Below are positions 58,869-64,000 of a DNA stretch of 64,000 bases, piece by piece (the stretch's first letter is position 1; every line of letters begins with the position of its first letter). Source of the stretch: Planctomycetota bacterium (GTDB lineage: Bacteria; Planctomycetota; UBA1135; UBA2386); assembly GCA_965228735.1 (NCBI GenBank), contig OZ245838.1, positions 6,592,001 to 6,656,000 on the forward strand. The letters are read 5' to 3'. The notes below the pieces were generated by a model. The model was not told where the DNA came from, did no database searches, and worked only from the letters and a program-made list of their open reading frames with translations. The position numbers were made by a program, and so were the translations under genes.

Positions 58869-61783
58869 GTCAGTTTCGCACCGCGGCGGCCGCCTTCACC
58901 GCGGCCGGTCTCCTCCTCGCCGCGGTCGCCGCGCAAGGTGTCGTCAATCGTTCGTTGCTCGCCGCGCCGGAGACCCCGGCCGCCGACGGACTCCGCACCG
59001 GCCCGGTCGCGATCGTCGACGCGGCGTCGCCGAGCGTCGTGCACGTCTACGTCGAGGTCGACGGACCGCGCGGCAAGTTCAAGATCGAGCGCTCGAGTTC
59101 GGGTGTCGTCGTCGACGCCACCGGGCTCGTGCTGACGTGGCATCACCTCGTCGCGGAAGCCGTCGGCGCGGCCGACAAGCGGGTCTTTGCGCAGCTCAAC
59201 GACGCGAGCAACACGTGCCTCCCCGCCGAGATCGTGCGGCAGGACGCGGCGACCGGCCTCGCGCTGTTGCGCATCGCGGCGCCCGCACGCGGGCTGCAGG
59301 CCATCGAGCTGGGGCCCGACCGCCCGCGGCCGGGCGAGGGCCTCGTGCTCGTCGCGCGGCCCGAGGGTGAGGCCGTGCTCGCGTTCGCCGGAGTCGCGAG
59401 TTCTGCGCTGATGCCGGTGACCGCGCACGGCGCCGAGCTCGGCCCGGACGCGATCTGCATGACCGACGCGCGCAACGACGAGCGCTGCGACGGCGCGCTC
59501 GCCGTCGACCGGTCCGGCCGACTGCTCGGACTGTTCGCGTCGGAGCACGTGCAGCAGGACAAGTCCGAGCCGACGCTTGCCGACCTGCAGCGTCCGAGCT
59601 TCGGTGTGGTGGTGAACGCGGGGACGATCCGGCGCGCGTTCGCTGCGGAGTTCGGCAAGGGGCAGAACGTGACCCTGCGGCAGGCGCCCGCGGCGGCCGA
59701 GTGCCGCACGGCGCGAGCGACGGCGACCATCGCTCCGGCCGTCGTCAGCGTCATGGACGGCGCCGGCGAGCTGCCGGAGTTCGCGGAACTCGATCCCGGG
59801 GTGAGTCGTCGTCGCGATGGTCTCGGCTCGGGCGTGATCGTGAGCAAGCGCGGTCTCGTCGTGACCAACGGTCACCTCGTGGGCAGCGGTCGCGCGACCG
59901 TGCGGACGATGGACGGCCAGTCGTTCCCCGCGAAGATCGTCGATCTGCGGCCGGCGATGAATCTCGCGCTGTTGCAGTGCGAGCTGCCGGCCGGCGTGAC
60001 GCTGCCGGTGGCCGAGTTCGCCGCCGATGGTGACGTCGTCGTCGGGGAGACCGTGGTCGCGGTGGGCAACCCGTTCGCGGCGGCGCCGGTCGTATCGGGC
60101 GGCGTGATCTCCGCGATTCGCAACGGCGGGCGCATCCAGGCCGATGCCGATCTCGGCAACCCCAACGCGGGCGGTGCGGTGGTCGACCTCGATGGTCGGG
60201 TGCTCGGCATCGTCGATGGCGGCATCGTCGATCCGCTCGAGCTGGCGTTCCTGATGCGCGGAGATCGGGTGACCAAGGAGAGCAACCTGTCGACGTTCGT
60301 CGGCATGCGCGCGGTTCGGCACGGATTCCGCCGCGAGCTCGGCGAGCTCGCGGATCCGACCGAGTCGATCGTCGCGCAGCCACCCGCGACCCCCGACAAG
60401 CGCGCGACGCCGCTGACCCGCATGATCGAGGCCAAGGCCTCGGCGATGCTCAACATCTACATCGCGGAGAACGTCGCGGTGCCGGACCCGGACGATCCGT
60501 TCGCCTCGATGGCGGAGCCCGAACTCGAGCCGCGCAGCCTCGGCTCGGGCGTCATCATCGATCGCAGCGGGCTGGCCCTCAGCAACTGGCACGTCGTCGA
60601 CGCCGCGGTCAACCCGGACGGCTCACCGCGGGCCGATCACGTGATCACGGCGCGCGTCTACGGCGGCAAGACCTACGCCGTCGAGGTGCTCGCGATCTCG
60701 CGTGAGGACGACCTGTCGCTCATCCGGCTGGTGCTCGAGCCGGGAGAGGAGGTGCCCGCGATCGAGCTCAGCAGTTCGAGCGACCTGCCGATCGGCGCGG
60801 CCGTCGCGGCGATCGGCAACCCGCACGGGCAGGCCAACACGATCACCTACGGCGTCGTGTCCAAGAAGGGGCACTTCACGCGGATTCGCGGGCGTTGGGC
60901 CAAGCTCGGTCCGCTCATCGAGACCGACGCGGCGATCAACGGCGGCAACAGCGGCGGCGCGCTCGTCGACATGCAGGGCCGGCTCGTCGGTATCAACAGC
61001 GCGGGCGGCGGCACGTTCACCAACCGCGGGTTCGCGATCGAGGTCGATCACGTCCGCGACGTGCTGATCGGCAAGCTGTTCTCGCCCTACAAGCTGCGCA
61101 GCGCCGACCTCGGCATGCGGGTGCTCGATGACGAGGGCAAGGTGCTCGTCATGGACATCGACGACCGCGGGCCGGCCGCGCGCGTCGGGGTTCGGGGCGG
61201 CGACCGGATCGTGTCGCTCGCCGGCACGGACATCACGTGGGGGCCGGGCTTCGCACTGACGCTGCGCGAGCTGCCCGCGAACGAGCCGGTGAAGCTCGTG
61301 GTCGAACGCGATGGCGAGCGCCACACGTTCGAAGTCGCGCCGATCGGCTACGCCGAGTGGGTCGTCGTCAAGCAGAGCAATCTGCTCTGCCGGACGTTCG
61401 GCTACCGCGAGAACGCCGACCGCGCGCGCGCCGCCGCGATCGCGCTGCACCGTGAGCTCACGGGCGACGCGACGGGCGCACCGCCGGTGATTCCCGAGAC
61501 GTTCGTCATCGTCGAGCGCACGTTCAAGGCCGGCGCCGACTTCGCGATCGAGCTGCAGCCGCAGGACCTGCTGCTCGCGGTCGAACTGCCCGGTCCGCGC
61601 GGTCGCGTGGTGACCGAACAGCTGCGCACCCTCGAACAGCTCCGCGATCTGTTCAACGATCGCACCCGCGGCAAGAAGGACGGCGTCGATCACTACAAGG
61701 TGCCGGCGGAGTACACCGTCCTGATCGACCGCGCCGGCAAACTCGAACGCGTGAAGGTCCGAGCCCGCCGCCTGCTCTGGTAG
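58865..61783 (+). CDS. HtrA/DegP-like protease with three trypsin-like domains and PDZ
   Basis: Three SGV(V/I)(V/I) blocks; third has NWH/DDLSL/INGGNSGG; PDZ 'GPAARVGVRGGDRI'; GTG overlaps the upstream stop. Confidence 0.85.
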   Translation: MSQFRTAAAAFTAAGLLLAAVAAQGVVNRSLLAAPETPAADGLRTGPVAIVDAASPSVVHVYVEVDGPRGKFKIERSSSGVVVDATGLVLTWHHLVAEAVGAADKRVFAQLNDASNTCLPAEIVRQDAATGLALLRIAAPARGLQAIELGPDRPRPGEGLVLVARPEGEAVLAFAGVASSALMPVTAHGAELGPDAICMTDARNDERCDGALAVDRSGRLLGLFASEHVQQDKSEPTLADLQRPSFGVVVNAGTIRRAFAAEFGKGQNVTLRQAPAAAECRTARATATIAPAVVSVMDGAGELPEFAELDPGVSRRRDGLGSGVIVSKRGLVVTNGHLVGSGRATVRTMDGQSFPAKIVDLRPAMNLALLQCELPAGVTLPVAEFAADGDVVVGETVVAVGNPFAAAPVVSGGVISAIRNGGRIQADADLGNPNAGGAVVDLDGRVLGIVDGGIVDPLELAFLMRGDRVTKESNLSTFVGMRAVRHGFRRELGELADPTESIVAQPPATPDKRATPLTRMIEAKASAMLNIYIAENVAVPDPDDPFASMAEPELEPRSLGSGVIIDRSGLALSNWHVVDAAVNPDGSPRADHVITARVYGGKTYAVEVLAISREDDLSLIRLVLEPGEEVPAIELSSSSDLPIGAAVAAIGNPHGQANTITYGVVSKKGHFTRIRGRWAKLGPLIETDAAINGGNSGGALVDMQGRLVGINSAGGGTFTNRGFAIEVDHVRDVLIGKLFSPYKLRSADLGMRVLDDEGKVLVMDIDDRGPAARVGVRGGDRIVSLAGTDITWGPGFALTLRELPANEPVKLVVERDGERHTFEVAPIGYAEWVVVKQSNLLCRTFGYRENADRARAAAIALHRELTGDATGAPPVIPETFVIVERTFKAGADFAIELQPQDLLLAVELPGPRGRVVTEQLRTLEQLRDLFNDRTRGKKDGVDHYKVPAEYTVLIDRAGKLERVKVRARRLLW

Positions 61784-61786
61784 AGC

Positions 61787-61901
61787 TGGCGATACCGAAC
61801 CCGTTTCGAATCCGCCACGGACGGAACGACTCAACCAGCGAGGGTGGCGAGCCTTGCCGCCGCGCTGGGGTGGCGGATTCGAAACGGGTTCGGTACCGCC
61901 A
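61787..61901. repeat. Palindromic intergenic element, family B
   Basis: 32-bp arms TGGCG(A/G)TACCGAACCCGTTTCGAATCCGCCAC, 1 mismatch, with internal hairpin; between convergent genes. Confidence 0.82.
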
Positions 61902-61913
61902 CGGTCATGTCGG

Positions 61914-63998
61914 TCACTTCGCGGTGAAGGTGCCCTTCGCGGACTGGTTGCGGCCGCCGTCGCCCCAGCTCCACTGGAAGCTCATCTGGCCCTTGAGCGG
62001 CTGCAGCGGCCAGAAGACGCACATGCCCGGGGCGGCGGTCGTGCGGATCTTGCCCTCGTAGCTGTAGATGCCCTCGACCTGCTGGCCGTCCTTGTCGAGG
62101 AGGGTGCACGTGATGCTCTTGCGGTTGGGCACGCCGCCCGTGCCGCCGAAGTGCAGCGTCAGGGGGAAGCCGACGACCTGCTTGTCGCCGTGGCCCGCCT
62201 TCTCGAGCCATTTCTGCAGGTCCGGCCCCATGTCCGCGACGTTGACCGAGCCGTCGAACAGCTGCCGCGGACTGTTGGGCCGCGGGAAGCACGACACCCC
62301 GCGCTTCTCCGGCACCGGGTCGCCGATCCCGCTGACCGCGTTGATCACCATCACCTTGCCCTGGATGAACATGCCGATCGATCGGATCGTGTTGTTGAGC
62401 AGCGCGTCGCGATAGCCCGGCTTGCTGACCCAGCTCTCGAACATCTTCTCGGCCTTGCTGGCGGCTGCGCGCGTCTCCACGAGCGCCATCTGCGCGAACA
62501 TGCTGCCGACGTAGCTGCCGCCGAGGGCGACGGACTGCGTGTGTTCGGCCGCCGGCCCGCGTTGGTCACCGTTCTGATCGAGGTAGGCCGCGTGCGCCTT
62601 GCAGCGGGCTGACAGATTGGCCGACCACTTGACCGGCGTCGCGTCGAACTGCTTGCGCACCTCGTTGAAGGCCTCGAGGAACTTGTCGACGCCCTTGCTG
62701 ATCGACTCGAGCGGCGGCGTGCGGTTCTGGATCGACTCGAGCACGGGCGACGCGCCCGTCCAGAAGTCCTCCCATTCCTGATCCAGCTGCGGGATCGTGA
62801 CGTCGGGATACTTCTTCTGGAACAGGGCCTCGAACTCGGCCGGCTGCTTGCTGCGCTTCTTCTTGAGCTCCTGCGCGATGCGATCCATCGCGCGCAGCAT
62901 CTCGGGGTCACGCCGCAGCATGTAGTCCGAGAACGACCACGCCTTGATGCGCTCGTCGTTGGTGAACGCCGCGGCGTCGCAGAACGGCAGCTGATTCGCG
63001 GGGACGCCGCCGGTGCTGCGCCACGCCATTTCGAGGCTGAGGTTCTTCCAGACGTCGAAGTCGGGGGACGCGTATTCCTGGTCCTCCTCGCTCGCCGTCG
63101 TGCCCTGCTGCTTCTTGAGGTCGACGGAGAACAGACGGTTGTTGTTGAACATCATGCCGACGAGCGTGTGGCCGATGCCTTCGCTGAAACCGTCCGCGCC
63201 GAAACCGGCGTAGATGGAAGCGACGTTGCGCACGCACGCATCGAACAGGGTCTGTCGACCGTTCGTCGCGCCGACGCGCGTCCGGCCGATGTTGGACGCG
63301 CTCGAGTGCTCGAGCTTCCACTCGAGGTCCGGCACCTGGTTGGCCTTGAGGATCTGCTGATAGGTCTTCTTGTCGGTGAAGAACGCCCAGTCGAGCGGCC
63401 ACGGACCGTCCTTGTAGCTCCAGGGGAACGCGACCTTGCAGACGCGCAGTGCGCGCTCGGCCCACTGCAGGGCTTCGAGCAGGTGCTCCTCGCTCTCGGG
63501 GTCGCCGTGCAGCGTGAAGTGCTCGGACCGGGCGGTGATGTAGGGCACCTGCGCGCCGAGCAGCGGTCGGCACTCGACGCCGTCGACGATCTTCGCCTCG
63601 TAGTCGATCTTCGACTGCTCCTCGACGGCCTGCTCGATCATCAGGCTGCGCTCGTAGAGCGTCTTCTCGAGATCGGTGCCGGACAGCGAGCCGACGGCGA
63701 CGTGGTCGAGCGCCTTCTCGGCCTCTTCGTCACCCTTGCTCCACCGCAGCACGAGCCGCCAGTGCTTGTCCGCCATGTCGCGGCGGTCGGCCTTCTGCCA
63801 CTTGCGGGCCTGGCTGCGGTGCTTGTTCGCGAGGTCCTTCTTGAGCTTGTCGTAGGCGCTGCGCAGCGGCTTGCCATCGGCGCCGCTGCCGGTGTCCTCG
63901 CGCGGGTACTCCTTGTCGGGATCCGGGTTCCAGCTGCTGCCGACCTTGACGTAGCCGAGGGACGTCCACGCGTCCTCGTTGTCGCTGTCGTAGAGCTT
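61914..63998 (-). CDS. Large hypothetical protein with C-terminal CAP/SCP-like domain (5' end beyond window)
   Basis: Frame stays open to the window edge; 'FNEVRKQF..PVKWSANLSARCKAHAAYL..WVSKPGYRDALL'. Confidence 0.72.
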   Translation of the reverse strand, partial: KLYDSDNEDAWTSLGYVKVGSSWNPDPDKEYPREDTGSGADGKPLRSAYDKLKKDLANKHRSQARKWQKADRRDMADKHWRLVLRWSKGDEEAEKALDHVAVGSLSGTDLEKTLYERSLMIEQAVEEQSKIDYEAKIVDGVECRPLLGAQVPYITARSEHFTLHGDPESEEHLLEALQWAERALRVCKVAFPWSYKDGPWPLDWAFFTDKKTYQQILKANQVPDLEWKLEHSSASNIGRTRVGATNGRQTLFDACVRNVASIYAGFGADGFSEGIGHTLVGMMFNNNRLFSVDLKKQQGTTASEEDQEYASPDFDVWKNLSLEMAWRSTGGVPANQLPFCDAAAFTNDERIKAWSFSDYMLRRDPEMLRAMDRIAQELKKKRSKQPAEFEALFQKKYPDVTIPQLDQEWEDFWTGASPVLESIQNRTPPLESISKGVDKFLEAFNEVRKQFDATPVKWSANLSARCKAHAAYLDQNGDQRGPAAEHTQSVALGGSYVGSMFAQMALVETRAAASKAEKMFESWVSKPGYRDALLNNTIRSIGMFIQGKVMVINAVSGIGDPVPEKRGVSCFPRPNSPRQLFDGSVNVADMGPDLQKWLEKAGHGDKQVVGFPLTLHFGGTGGVPNRKSITCTLLDKDGQQVEGIYSYEGKIRTTAAPGMCVFWPLQPLKGQMSFQWSWGDGGRNQSAKGTFTAK

Positions 63999-64000
63999 GA

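Noticed and set aside
61800..61890. tRNA fragment or att site suggested by TTCGAATCC
   Set aside because: Part of a 32-bp inverted repeat; no cloverleaf can be formed

Overview
High-GC bacterial DNA, probably a Planctomycetota-like lineage (inferred from gene content: many exported 'WxxWRG' beta-propeller proteins). The 3' end of a probable dnaX (1-736) is separated from its usual neighbours ybaB-recR (47894-48836) by about 47 kb of accessory DNA in three modules. (i) 767-32675 holds ten exported PQQ/BamB-like beta-propeller genes interleaved with a small-molecule pathway: a GriC/EhpF-like adenylating enzyme, a GriD-like reductase, an Fe-alcohol dehydrogenase, a HemN-like radical SAM enzyme, a thioesterase, a flavin-dependent halogenase-like enzyme, a CxxC-bearing GT4, a Na+/solute symporter, a small membrane protein and a MacB/LolCDE-type ABC transporter. 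(ii) A DUF2946/CruR-like CxxC+RAPP leader gene sits upstream of a His/Cys-rich ECF sigma factor. (iii) A complete Tad/Flp pilus locus is followed by a convergent TonB-dependent receptor. The rest is hrpB, rpoN, truA and several exported proteins (8xCxxC protein, triple-trypsin/PDZ protease, CAP-domain protein). Five intergenic palindromic/MITE-like elements of three types are present. No rRNA, tRNA, CRISPR array, integrase or transposase was seen. Family assignments come from motif recognition by eye, not from database searches.
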